Shown here: piece after piece, positions 34,865 to 48,046 of the stretch
How positions within the stretch are numbered: the stretch's first letter is position 1
How the letters are laid out: each line of letters starts with the position of its first letter
Assembly: GCF_006345805.1 (NCBI RefSeq)
Contig: NC_043022.1
Location: 6,634,001-6,698,000, forward strand
DNA length: 64,000 nt
Direction of reading: 5' to 3'
Origin: Octopus sinensis
Lineage: Eukaryota
Notes under the pieces: model-generated
What the model was told of the DNA's origin: nothing
Seen by the model: the letters and a program-made list of their open reading frames with translations, nothing else
Databases searched by the model: none
Made by a program: the position numbers and the translations under genes

Positions 34865-35555
34865 AGAGTGTCAAGAAGGCTGAGGGTGTCTTGGCATCAC
34901 TCACCAAATCCTTTGTGAGCCGCTCTCCGGCTATCTATCTGCGGCTTTATATAGCTATGGTAAGACCTCACCTGGAATTTGCATCACCGGTCTGGAACCC
35001 CTATCTTGCCCAGGACATCAATCGTCTGGAAGCTGTTCAGCGACGTGCAACCAAAAGAATACCCTCCATCAAGCATTTGCCATATCCTGAACGCCTTACT
35101 TCCCTGGGCATGGACACATTGAAACTCCGACGTCTGGCAGCTGACTTGGCAGACACCCATAAAATTATCAACCATTGCACAAACAAGAACTCTGAGCACC
35201 TCTTCAAATTCCAACCATCTAACACCCGTGGACATATTTACAAAGTAAGAAAACAGCACAGCTCCCATGACTTCAGGAAACATTTTTTCACGCTGAGAGT
35301 TGCTGAAGCATGGAACAAACTGCCGGCATCGGTTGTTAGTTGTCGGAGCACTGCATCCTTCAAAACTTCCATGCTTCCTGAGATTCGCCAACACTACACT
35401 TGATTTTCTCCCCTCCATACACACACAAGCATGTATCTGACTCATACATTGTTCGCTTTCCAGACATTTCTACATTACTGCATGTACTTTATATGCACTT
35501 TCTGACAAGTTGTGGTGCACCTGAGCACTGTATACAATAATTTCATTATTATTAT
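34865..35555 (+). mobile_element. CR1/L2-type LINE 3' fragment (short copies at 3450-3714 -, 38975-39298 +, 52760-53080 +)
   Basis: VRPHLEFASPVWNP...LEAVQRRATK...FFTLRVAEAWNKLP; (ATT)n tail. Confidence 0.9.
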
Positions 35556-35833
35556 TTATTTTTTTTAAGAGTGCAAATAATATATACAGACAATGACAGG
35601 GGAGGTAACTTCCCCATGACCACCAGACTAGGCCTAGTTTTGCCTGTCCCTTAGGCATCATCAGTGGTGACAGCTCAAAGTGGCTGATGGTCAGCTAATT
35701 CCATCTGCTAGTGCATATATTCATTTACCATAAAAATTTATGGATGATTTGGCGGAATGCTAATGCGAAACAGAAAATTCAAATAAACAGCTACGCCCAA
35801 TATTATACCATAAAGGAAAAATTTAATTGTCAC

Positions 35834-36065
35834 TATTCTTTTATTTGTTTCAGTTATTTGACTGTGGCCATGCTAGAGCACCGCCTTTACTTGAACAAAT
35901 TGACCACGGCTTATTCTTTGTACGCTTAGGACTTGTTCTATCAGTCTCTTTTGCCAAACCGATGATGGTAGGACAAACACTGACACAAATATATATATAT
36001 ATATATAATATATATTATATATATATATATATACATACATGCATATACATACATATGTATATATA

Positions 36066-36120
<55 letters not shown>

Positions 36121-36160
36121 TATACATACATACATGCATATACATATGTATGTATATATA

Positions 36161-36204
<44 letters not shown>

Positions 36205-36286
36205 CATGCATATACATACATATGTATATATATATATTTATATATATATATATACATACATGCATATACATACATATGTATATATA

Positions 36287-36352
<66 letters not shown>

Positions 36353-36485
36353 ACGGGCTTCTTTCAGTTCAGTTTCTTTCTACCAAATCCACTAACAAGG
36401 CTTTGGTCGACCCAAGGCTATAGTAAAAGACAATTGCCCAAGGTGCCACACAGTGGGACTGAACCCGGAACTATGTGGCCAGTAA
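35834..36485 (-). mobile_element. SINE family A split by a ~370-bp (TA)-rich expansion of its linker
   Basis: both SINE halves flank the microsatellite. Confidence 0.75.
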
Positions 36486-36859
36486 GCAAGCTTCTTACCA
36501 TACAGTCACACACACACACACACATACACATACACACACACACATATATATATATATATCAAGGAAAGGCTTTTAGAAAGGACATCCAGCCATTGAAACC
36601 ATGCCAAAACAGACATGAAGCCTGAACAGCCATTCGGCTAGTCAGCTCCTGTCAAACTGTCCAACCCATGCCAGCATCGAAAATGGACATTAAATGATGA
36701 TGATGATGACAAGGAGAAGGACGATGATAATGATGAGAATATATATATATATATATATATATAACCCATGCTAGCGCGGAAAACGGACGTTAAACGATGA
36801 TGATGATGATGATGATATATAAATATATATATATATATCATCATCATCATCATCATCAT

Positions 36860-37210
36860 AGGCGCAGGAGTGGCTGTGTGGTAAGTAGCTTGCTTACCAG
36901 CCACATGGTTCCGGGTTCAGTCCCGGAACTATTGCCTCGGGCCGACCAAAGCCTTGTGAGTGGATTTGGTAGACGGAAACTGAAAGAAGCCCGTCGTATA
37001 TATATATGCGTGTGTGTGCATGTATGTTTGTGTGTCTGTGTTTGTTCCCCTATTATGGTGTGTTTATGTCCCCGTCACTTAGCGGTTTGGCAAAAGAGAC
37101 CGATAGAATAAGTACTGGGCTTACAAAGAATAAGTCCCGGGGTCGAGTTGCTCGACTAAAGGCGGTGCTCCAGCATGGCCGCAGTCAACTGACTGAAACA
37201 AGTAAAAGAG
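36860..37210 (+). mobile_element. SINE family A
   Basis: same consensus. Confidence 0.85.
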
Positions 37211-38084
37211 TATATATATATAAAGCAATCCATTAGTAGATTCTAGTTTTTCATATACAAAAAGATAGGATGATGGTCATTTCTGAGACTCCTTTGATTA
37301 TGAGTTTGCTCTGTGAAGGCTGACCTATATGAGCCAATAAAGAAGTCACTGTGCACTCAATAAGCTACCAGAAAACAGCAGTCAAACCTCCCTCAAATGA
37401 TGTCTTCCACAATTTAAGCAAAAGAAAATCAAGAAACTCTTAGTCCTGATATTACAAAAATGAGGGATGGTCACAACTGGAACGACTTTGATCATAAGTC
37501 ATTTTGTTCAGAGATGACCAGCATCATACAAGAAATGAGCTTCTAGTCACTAAAACTGCTGGAAATAGCAGGCAAATATCTCTTGAATCTTAAACAACTG
37601 AAGGACTTCTTCGGCTGATTTACATTGAAACATATTTGATCACAGACCTGGCTAGTCAGGCCTGACCTGAGGCTAAAGAACAAAAAATAACATTCTTAAA
37701 ACTCATTGCTTCATTCCTATCAATGGATCAATAATTTGCTACAAAAAATAAATACAAGATAAACCAGAGTCTCAAGGTTAAACTATTGATTTCACAAGGT
37801 CAGTTGTATTTGAACCACTGTCCGAATTTACTGACACAAATATTGGAGACAAACATCATAGGAGCTCAAATGGACTGCTAGAAATAGCAACCAAATCTCA
37901 CTCATATCACACCCAGTTAGCCTTTAGGAAAATGTAAAGAAACATGGAGACAATGCACTTATTGATACCCCAAAACACAAGATTGTCATGGTTGGGAACA
38001 TCTTTGATCATAGGTCAGCACAATCAGGACTGACCAGGGGCTAAACAGTTACCAGTATCGTTATGCCTGCAGAACTTCATTATT

Positions 38085-38487
38085 ACTCTTTTACATGTTT
38101 CAGTCATTTGACTGCGGCCATGCTGGAGCACCGCCTTTAGTCGAGCAACTCGACCCCGGGACTTATTCTTTGTAAGCCCAGTACTTATTCTATCGGTTTC
38201 TTTTGCCGAACCGCTAAGTGACAGGGACGTAAACACACCAGCATCGGTTGTCAAGCAATGCTAGGGGTACAAACACAGACACACAAACACACACACGCAT
38301 ATATATATATATATATACATATATACGACAGGCTTCTTTCAGTTTCTGTCTACCAAATCCACTCACAAGGCATTGGTCGGCCCGGGGCTATAGCAGAAGA
38401 CACTTGCCCAAGATGCCACGCAGTGGGACTGAACCCGGAACCATGTGGTTGGTTAGCAAGCTACTTACCACACAGCCACTCCTGCGT
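38085..38487 (-). mobile_element. SINE family A
   Basis: same consensus. Confidence 0.85.
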
Positions 38488-40019
38488 GCGCCTATATTAT
38501 GGTCTTTTTCCGTTTATTCTTTTACTTGTATGTCATTAGACTGTGGCCATGCTGGGGCACTGCCTTGAAGACGTTTTCTCACAACAGCTTCACCCAAACT
38601 CAGTTTTAATTGTTTATTATATTATAGTAAAAGGTAAAGACCCCCTTCGGTTATGAATGACCAAGGGATAGCACTTAGAAAGTTCCCCTCTGGAAGACCA
38701 GCCGTCACCCTTGCCTACCGGCCTCCCCCTCTTCACACTACCGATGTTATCCAACTGGCACCAGTGGCGTTGTAACTCATTTCTACAGCTGAGTGAACTG
38801 GAACAATGTGAAAATAATGTATCGTGCTCAGGAACACACGCAGCCCGGTCCGTGAATCAAACTCACTTACCTCATGATTGTGAGCCCGACGCTCTAACCA
38901 TTGAGCCATATATTATTTACTGAGACTAATTTCTGTCTCTGACTTCGATTAAGTAACCACATTCATAAAGATATAGGACATATTTACAAAGTAAGAAAAC
39001 AGCACAGCTCCCATGACTTCAGGAAACATTTTTTCACGCTGAAAGTTGCTGAAGCATGGAACAAACTGCCGGCATCGGTTGTTAGTTGTCGGAGCACTGC
39101 ATCCTTCAAAACTTCCATGCTTCCTGAGATTCGCCAACTTGATTTTCTCCCCTCCATACACACACAAGCATGTATCTGACTCATACATTGTTCGCTTTCC
39201 AGACATTTCTACATTACTGCATGTACTTTATATGCACTTTCTGACAAGTTGTGGTGCACCTGAGCACTGTATACAATAATTTCATTATTATTATTATAGT
39301 GAAATGCCATGAGAAGAGACGAATTCTGAAAAGATATATCTAGTGGAAACATTGAGTTCTCAACTATGTAAATTGCAATCGGCTCCCTATAGTGGACAGG
39401 CACTGGCTTCAAAAGGAAAAGATCCTATAAGTACTATAATTTCATTCACATTTTGGAAACTTTATTGGAATGTTATTAAATCGTCCCGGTACTTGACTGG
39501 TGCGTTACGTTGTGAGTTCAAATTCCGCCGAGGTCGACTTTGCCTTTCATCCTTTCGGGGTCGATAAATTAAGTACCAGTTACGCACTGGGTCGATGTAA
39601 TCGACTTAATGCCTATGTCTGTCCTTGTTTGTCCCCTCTGTGTTTAGCCCCTTGTGGGTAGTAAAGAAATAGGTACTTGACTGGTGCATTAGATTACCGA
39701 TCGGCAAAAAGATTGAAAATGAAGTTGACTCCGATGGGATTTGAACACGGAACGTAAAGTTACGAAACTTAAATCCCCATGACACATTCTTGTACGTCAC
39801 TATACCACTTCTGCTATCGATTGGCTTAATAAGAAAATTATTATTTATTCTTGTTTCTATGGTAAAACTGTGTTTTAACGTCACTTGGCTTTTCCCGTCC
39901 ACGTATTCGTCGTGGCTCCTCCCCCTCCCCCTACTTCCATTGATATAGTCGTTTCCTTCTCCCGCAACTACTCCCCCTTCTCAGCAGGTACTTTCAAAGG
40001 GAGGTAATCGCGACACAGC

Positions 40020-40059
40020 TATATAAAAGCGCCGGTCGCTGCCTCCAGACCTTTCCTTG
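40020..40059 (+). promoter_or_regulatory. NDPK core promoter: TATA box plus TCT-type pyrimidine initiator
   Basis: TATATAAAAG at 40020-40029; CCTTTCCTT at 40050-40058 fits YC(+1)TYTYY with +1 31 nt after the TATA T. Confidence 0.7.
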
Positions 40060-40140
40060 CCAGTTGCATTCCAGCCGCCGCAGTCGTTGTTCGTCCTCTC
40101 CTCATTAACAATTCTTGAGCACTTTTGAAGAACTTCTGTC

Positions 40141-43100
40141 ATGGAGCGCACATTTATTGCTGTCAAACCAGAAGGTGTCCAACGAGGGTTAGTTTTAACT
40201 ATTTCATAATATTTAAGCACTTCACTACGCTGTTTTCTAGTCCTTTTAAATCGTCTCTTTTATCCAAATTGTTTAGTCCTGAACTAATTAGATGTTCTTT
40301 TTTTGATTAATCAATTAAACTTTCCCCACAGCTGACATTTCGTCATTTTTTAATCTTTATTAATAACATTTTCTTAGCATAAAATGTGATGAGAGACAAA
40401 GAGAAGGTCGACATGTCATTCACATTTTCATCAAAATCTCAAAGTCTCTTGAAGAATGAAGAATGAATTTTGAATTATCTTTTTAGATTTTTGTCAAAAC
40501 TTAGAAAAAAGCCAACTATTTTTAATAATAATAATAAAAAAAAGAAATCTAAGCTTAGATACAATGGTTTTAGGCTATTTTATAACGGCATTTCAAGTCG
40601 TAATTGACATTAAAAAAATCAAGACAATTTAATTCAGTCTTTGTATTAATGATAGAAATTAAATGTTTTAAACAGGCGACCTTTCGTCTCTAGTAGACCT
40701 TTCCGTCGATTTCCGTAAAAAAATTTTTTTTTTTTTTACATATGGGCTTGCGGGTACTTTTGAAGTATAAAACATGTATTTGTAATTTCAATTCCAAATA
40801 TAATCTTTGAAATTCTGAATGTGTAAATTATTTCATCTTTTGAGATTTTCGTTTTCTCAACTGAATTTCGGGGAGTGATTTGTTAGGGATTGTTTTTCAC
40901 TTAATGAAATACTGAAGTGTTAATTTAATTACAAATGTGATGTGAACCATTAATATTTAAATTTTTGGACAGTTTTCGGCAATCTTTCGTCTCTAGTAGA
41001 CCTTTCCGTCGATTTCCGTAAAAAAATTTTTTTTTTTTTTACATATGGGCTTGCGGGTACTTTTGAAGTATAAAACATGTATTTGTAATTTCAATTCCAA
41101 ATATAATCTTTGAAATTCTGAATGTGTAAATTATTTCATCTTTTGAGATTTTCGTTTTCTCAACTGAATTTCGGGGAGTGATTTGTTAGGGATTGTTTTT
41201 CACTTAATGAAATACTGAAGTGTTAATTTAATTACAAATGTGATGTGAACCATTAATATTTAAATTTTTGGACAGTTTTCGGCAATCTTTCGTCTCTAGT
41301 AGACCTTTCCGTCGATTTCCGTAAAAAATTTTTTTTTTTTTTTACATATGGGCTTGCGGGAACTTTTGAAGTAATGAGAGCGAAAGAGACTAAGGGAAAG
41401 CGATTGTATGACAAGGGAAGTTCTTTTGAAGTTACCGTGCATGTGAAGCATTGATGTACATGTGTGTGTGTGTTTGATGGGGTGTGGGAGACAGTATGTT
41501 GTGTTAGTGTGTGTGAAAGAAAGAGATAACTGAAATTTTTTACTCGGTGTAATGTGTATATGTATGTATATTACTTCAAAAGTTCCCGCAAGCCCATATG
41601 TTAAAAAAAAAAAAAAAATTTTTTTACGGAAATCGACGGAAAGGTCTACTAGAGACGAAAGATCGCCCAGTTGCGTTTTCCTCTATTTTTTTTTACTCTA
41701 TGGACGTGATGCAGAAACGTGCCTTTGTGCAACTTTTGTCTTTGTCTGCACCACACCAATGAGAAAACCCATCATTGAAATACCGGAGTCGACACTGAAA
41801 CCCAAATGCCTTGTAATGTCTAAGATTTTATCATAAAATTCATTTCTTGAAAATTCCCGATTTCATCTCGTGTCTGCTCACAGTTTCTTTTCCCCTTTGT
41901 GCGCTCGCAAAATGGGGAGGGCATTGTCAGTTTCTCTCTCACTATATGTTGTCTGGGAAAATATTGTCTAATTTTTAAAGAATTATATTTTAATTTTAAA
42001 TATCTTTTTCCTTAGCCCTTATGATCGTGTATGTTCTGGTCATAATCGTTTTATGTGGGATTGCATTCAATGTGCCCTTTCATTTTTAAAACAGCAGTTC
42101 GATTGCTATTTCTAGCTGGCAGAAACAGCCTTGTAGACGACTCCGTTAGCAGAGGAGTGTGCTGCTCCTTTCCCCCCTCTTCACAGACCCCTAATAACCC
42201 TTTTTCCATTGGTTTACAGCCGGCTTCCTTTGTCCCTTTTAGACGTTGTCACTTCATCTCATTTCACTCACTCGCCCATAAGTCCCTCTTCACTGACCCC
42301 TAATAACCCCATTTTCCATTGGTTTATAGCCGGCTTCCTTTGTCCCTTTTAGACGTTGTCCCTTTATCTCATTTCACTCACTCGCCCATAAGTCCTGTCT
42401 TTTAGGATTGATCTGGGACTTAGCCTTGCTAAACAATTTTAACACTTAAAATTGCTTGTCGCGGTACCTGTTTCAATGTCCTTGTCGCTATATGCAGTGG
42501 ATAAAACATAAAATCTTTGTTTTATCGCCCATTTAACACCACTCCTAAAAAAAAAAGAAAATCTGTAACAATAAAAAATTTTCCGTTCGTTGGCTGCCAT
42601 TCAAGACCGGTTTTCATGTTGTACTTATGAGACTGGAAATTTAGGCCCCGATTATTAATTTAACCAGATTTCAGATTAGCCGAGTTGATATAAGGGATTA
42701 TCATCTCGAGGAAGTCTATGATATTTAATACGGGATCTGGTATCGCTCTCATTAAATTACAACGGTAATCTGAGATGTTCTGCAATCTACCGAAGTATAT
42801 AATATTCAGTGTGTGTATATATATATATATATTTTTTAATGACATATTTTATAATGAGGGAAGTGATTAGGTTACTAAGTAGGTAAGTATAAACAGATGA
42901 ATCGTGTGTGTGCACGCGCCGCTCTCATCACTTTTGGATGAAATGTTTCCAGTAACAATAGCCAAAAAATATATTTGGTGTCTTGATTCTAGTAAGAGGA
43001 TCGTTCTTAGTTCATTTTAATTAGTTTGGGATCACGAATGTTTGTTACATTATCTGTGATTATGATGAATTTCTTTCTCTGCGATTCAGGGGCTATAGTC

Positions 43101-46100
43101 ATTGCTTGTTAATTAGGTGCAAAATTTTAGCCCAGTTCGATGATCTGCATTTTTTTTTTTCCGCAGCTGATGCATAAAGGTCTCTTTTTGGTTAAATGCT
43201 TTACAGGATCATGACAAAAAATAATTGAATACAATTGTGTGAACCATCTGTATTAGCTTGCAGTATCTACATGGATGAGATATTAAAGATGGCTCTGGTT
43301 AAGAAGGTTGCTTCACAACCACTTTGTTTTGGGCAAGTGGATTTTGTAGATGGAAACTGAAAAATGTCCATTTTATCGCATAATAGATCTAACAATGAGT
43401 GACACCATCTTAGTAGTGGCGTTTCTCTTTTCACGTCTTCTATGGAAGTATGTCTGACCATGGAGAAAATATTAACTTGCTACGAAATGGGTGAGAGTTT
43501 GTCGCAGGAAGGACATCTGAAGAAAATAAGCCTCAACATACCTTGTCTGACACATGCAAGCTGGTATACAGGGTATGAGCCGTATCGTCTATAATAAACG
43601 ATATGGCTTGCACAGCACCCCTTTCATGAAATCACCGAAACTGGATGAGTAGTAGAAATAGCTCCAGATCAAGTTTTAGATTGGTTTGGCCTAAAGAGTA
43701 CAAGTCTACTCTGTGAACTTAGGCACTCCCTCACCATTTGTGGTTGAGTCTGTATTGAGGAAGAGCACACATTCCTTGGACAGGTTTTCCTCCTCGATTT
43801 CAAGTGACCCTCTCTTAGCAAGCCAGCCTGTGGGAGTGGCCACACATGCATGGTATTTTCATGTTGTGTAATCTGGTGGTCCCTAAACTTGCTAAATATA
43901 GATGGACTTGAGAGTTGGCGATGAGTTTGTTGAGGAAATTAGTGAAGAGTTAAGGTGTCTGGGTAGAATTTCTGTTTGGAATACACTACATAATGATTAT
44001 ATGGCAGAGTTCTGATCACAACTCTGCTGTTACCTTTTTCACTTGTTTCAAGGAACCGAGAAATGTGGCAATTCGCTGTACTTAGGACGTGTCAAGCTAA
44101 GCAAAATTGCTGTCCTCTCACGAGCTGGTCCTTTCAGGTGCCAGTGCCACATAAAAAGCAACCAGCACACTGTTAAATGGTTGGTGCTAGGAAGGGCATC
44201 CAGGCACAGCTCCATGTGAACCGTCCGACCCATGCCAGCATGGAAAGCAGTGATGAGTCTGGGCACTGCTTTGGGGAATTTTAGTTGAGTGAATTGACAC
44301 CTGGTACTTATTCTATCATTCTCTTCTGCTGAACTACTAAGTCATGGTGGTGTAAACACACCAACACCAGTTGTCTAGCAGTGGTGAGATACACACACAC
44401 GCGCTTGTCAGATTGGCTTCTTTCAGTTTGCATCTAGCAGATCCATTTCTAAAGCTTTGGTTGACTTGAGGCTTGACACTTGCCCAAGGTGCCACACAGT
44501 GCTAAGGTGGATGGGTACTGCATATTGTTTCAGCTGTCTAAATCCTCATTGATTATTGCTAGATGATGGTTGAGTTTGCATGGGGGGGGGCAGGTTTTCC
44601 TTTCACCTGGCTAGATTTCTAGTGACCCTCCTTTAGTAAAGATGGTATTTGGGCAAACCAAATATAATCTTTAAAATTGGCTGACAAAAAGGGGCAATGT
44701 TTTAGTAGTATAATTTAGCTATTAAGGCATCCATGAAATATTTTCAAATAGTCAGGGTTTCATCCATAGGTTGCCTAATAAAGGGGATGGATTGGGGAGG
44801 AGGAGGAGTGATTTAGCTGTTGCTGGCGGTAAAGGTATCTTTACATTGAGTGATGGGTAAATTGTATGGTGTTTGTAGGCGCAGGAGTGGTTGTGTGGTA
44901 AGTAGCTTGCTAATCAACCACATGGTTCCGGGTTCAGTCCCACTGCGTGGCACCTTGGGCAAGTGCCTTCTGCTATAGCCTCGGGCCGACCAATGCCTTG
45001 TGAGTGGATTTGGTAGACGGAAACTGAAAGAAGCCCGTCGTATATATATATATGTCTGTGTTTGTCCCCCTAGCATTGCTTGACAACCGATGCTGGTGTG
45101 TTTACGTCCCCGTCACTTAGCGGTTCAGCAAAAGAGACTGATAGAATAAGTACTGGCGGTGCTCCAGCATGGCCGCAGTCAAATGACTGAAACAAGTAAA
45201 AGAGTAAAGAGCAAATAATAAACAGTTTCTAGTCTTTAGCTGTAAGTGATTTTAAGATACTGCTTGCTCCCCATAAACATTAACAGCTATTGCCAGCCTC
45301 GCCTGGCCCCCGTGCCGGTGGCACGAAAAAACACCATCCGTTCGTGGCCGTTTGCCAGCTCTGTCTGGCACCTGTGCAGGTGGCACGTAAAAAGCACCCA
45401 CTACACTCACGGAGTGGTTGGTGTTAGGAAGGGCATCCAGCCGTAGAAACACTGCCAAATCTGACTGGACCTGATGAAGCCTTCCGGCTTCACAGACCCC
45501 AGTTAAACCGTCCAACCCATGCTAGCTTGGAGAACGGACGCTAAATGATGATGATGAATCTTGAATTCATAAATTCATCAGCACGATAATTAGTTAGATA
45601 AATAAAAGCATATCCAATAATTAGAGGATTAAATAACGAATGTATTCTTGTTCAGCTAGTCAATGCAGCAAGCATCATTGCTAATTAGGAGTAATTACAT
45701 TTTTAGAGGGAAACTTAGTTATAATTAGGCGCAGGTGTGTAGTAAGAAGTTTGCTTCTCAACCTCATGGTTCTGGGTTCAGTCCCACAGCCTGGTGGTGC
45801 CTTTTGCTGGCAGAACCATTAACATGCCAGGCCGAATGCTTAGCTGCATTTCATCCATCTTTATGATCTGAGGTCGACTTTGCCCTTCAACCTTTCAGGG
45901 TCAATAAAATAAGTACCAGTTCAACAGCCTCGGGTCGACCAGAGCGTCAGTGGATTTAGCAGGCAGAGACTGTTGGTTTGTTTACATCCTCGTATCTTAG
46001 TGGTTTGCCAAGAGAGACCAATTCAACTATAATTCTTCAGGCAGTGTCCCAGCATGGCCACAGTCTGATGACTGAAACAAAAGAATTATAATTTCGTGAG

Positions 46101-46627
46101 GTGTGGGACACAACCCTGTTCAGTGTTTAAAAATTTTCTATTAAAACTTCAGAAAATTTTGATTTTTTCAATGTCCTTGTAGCGTTTGTCTTTAAATCTC
46201 ATTTTTCCCTTTTTTTTTTTGCAGACTGTGTGGTGAAGTCATGACCCGTTTTGAGAAACGTGGCTTCCAGTTGGTTGCCTGCAAGTTGGTCCATGCTTCC
46301 AAGACCCTTTTGGAATCCCATTATGAAGAACACAAAGGAAAAGGTTTCTTTGATGGCCTCGTAGCCCACATGTCCTCCTCCCCCGTGTTGGCCATGGTCT
46401 GGGAAGGTGCCAGTGTAATTTCAACTGCTCGCACCATGATGGGAGCTACTGACCCCAAGAAGTCCGCCCCTGGTACCATCCGTGGTGATTACGGTATTGA
46501 TATGGGACGCAACATCATCCATGGTAGTGATGGAACTGAATCTGCCACTCGTGAAATCAATTTATGGTTTACTAAGGAGGAGCAAATCACTTGGAAACCA
46601 GCTCTGAGCAGCTGGTTGTACGAGTAA
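40141..46627 (+). CDS. NME1: nucleoside diphosphate kinase, group I (NME1/2, awd-like), 2 exons 40141-40187 + 46225-46627, 149 aa
   Basis: [16 protein letters not shown]|[14 protein letters not shown]...[33 protein letters not shown]...WLYE; GG|gttagt donor and t-run gcag|A acceptor join in frame (450 nt incl. stop); catalytic NxxHGSD His present. Confidence 0.97.
40675..41280 (+). repeat. two 303-bp tandem units, each a MITE left TIR plus ~210 bp unique DNA
   Basis: TIR starts at 40675, 40978, 41281; units near-identical. Confidence 0.85.
41281..41667. mobile_element. MITE, family 2 copy in NDPK intron
   Basis: same TIRs; partial TSD cagtt. Confidence 0.7.
42186..42400 (+). repeat. ~110-bp tandem duplication
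   Basis: gacccctaataacccc...cgcccataagtcc occurs twice. Confidence 0.85.
44877..45210 (+). mobile_element. SINE family A
   Basis: same consensus. Confidence 0.85.
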
Positions 46628-46700
46628 ACTGGTCAGTAAGTTTAACAAAGACGTTATAGGAACGCTTATTGCAACACGAAAACATTTACATTTTACTGTG

Positions 46701-46706
46701 AATAAA
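46701..46706 (+). terminator. NDPK polyadenylation signal
   Basis: AATAAA 74 nt after the stop codon. Confidence 0.7.
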
Positions 46707-47107
46707 TAAGAAGAAAAAAGAACATGTTTATGTAAATATTGTGTTCTGTTATCCTTTAACCTTTTGTTTCGATTTTTTTTAAAGTGATGCAGTGGCTGTG
46801 TGGTAAAAAGTCTTGTAAAGGGAACTGGTTGCTTTACACTTTTGGGGTGCAACACAATTTCCTTTCTTTTTGTTTCTAGAAACTACCAGTCAGGAACGAA
46901 AAGCAAGTTTAGAAATATATAATTCTTTATTCTCTTATTCAACAATGAAACACGATGGTATACTGGTATCCATTCTTACAACAATTCAGCAGCAATAGAT
47001 AGGTTAAATCCCAAGCGTCTGGGACAGGAGAATAGGTTGATCACACGATTCAAAATATACGTCTTTTCTCTTCTATGGCCGTGTCTCAAATCCCCGAACG
47101 CTATTAA

Positions 47108-47305
47108 CCCTTTAGTGTTCGCATTATTCTGCCAAAATTAATCCTTTTTTATCCACGTTGCCTTGAACTAATCAGACATTATCTTGTAGCGATGAGGTAG
47201 CTGTTCATTTTTCAAACGATATTGTAGGGTTGGTGTGAGAGACCAGATCTGGCCAGTGAACATAAAACAGGCAGAATACTTATGGCCGGTTTAAATGCTA
47301 AAGGG
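47108..47305 (+). mobile_element. piggyBac-like MITE
   Basis: TTAA|CCCTTTAG...CTAAAGGG|TTAA. Confidence 0.8.
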
Positions 47306-48046
47306 TTAAGGAACGCTATGGAATTTATTCTTCAGTGTTAGCACATGTGCATGGGGGAACTTCCTTATGCCTTTCCAGAAGATTCCAACCCCGCACACGC
47401 ACACTGAAGGAAGACGTGTGTGCGCACACTGGAATATGACGTCACTACAGTCTGCTTCCCGACCGCATGGTTCTGGATTCATTCTCATTGCATGTCACCT
47501 TGGGCAAGTATCTTATAGCTTCGGGCTGATCAAAACCTTGTGAATTTGGTTGATAGAAACTGAAAGAAGCCCGTTTGTGTAATATGAGAGCTGATTGTTG
47601 GACAGATATGAAAGAAATGTATTGAGTGGAATTTTGATTCCATGAATGCCTCTCTTGAACAGTTTTTCTGACTATAGAAAGTCCTGCATGACAGTGTCTT
47701 CAGTAAAAGAACACATTAGCTGGAAGTGCCAGTTGCTGCCTAGCTTTTGCTCAGTGGACATCCCTGCTTCAATTCGACATGCTTTTCCTAAAATGACACC
47801 TGAGTGAATTCATAAATCAAGATTCCACTGTGCGTGTGTCTATAATAAAGCCTTTTTCGATAACTTATAGCGTATTCTTCATTCTAGCAACATCTAAATG
47901 CTGCTCTACAGAGACATTTCTTTAGTTTGCATTGCTAGTGTAGTCGTGAGATGGCAATTGCTTTTGGTATAATCCTGTCGCGACAGCCATTTGTGTCTGC
48001 TTCCCGATTCCATCAAGAGTCACTTGGTGGGTTTTATGAGCTCTTT

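Noticed and set aside
39606-40050. Bidirectional promoter shared by NDPK and the STRA8-like gene
   Set aside because: Head-to-head layout fits, but no convincing minus-strand first exon or donor was found and the ATG is 26 kb away
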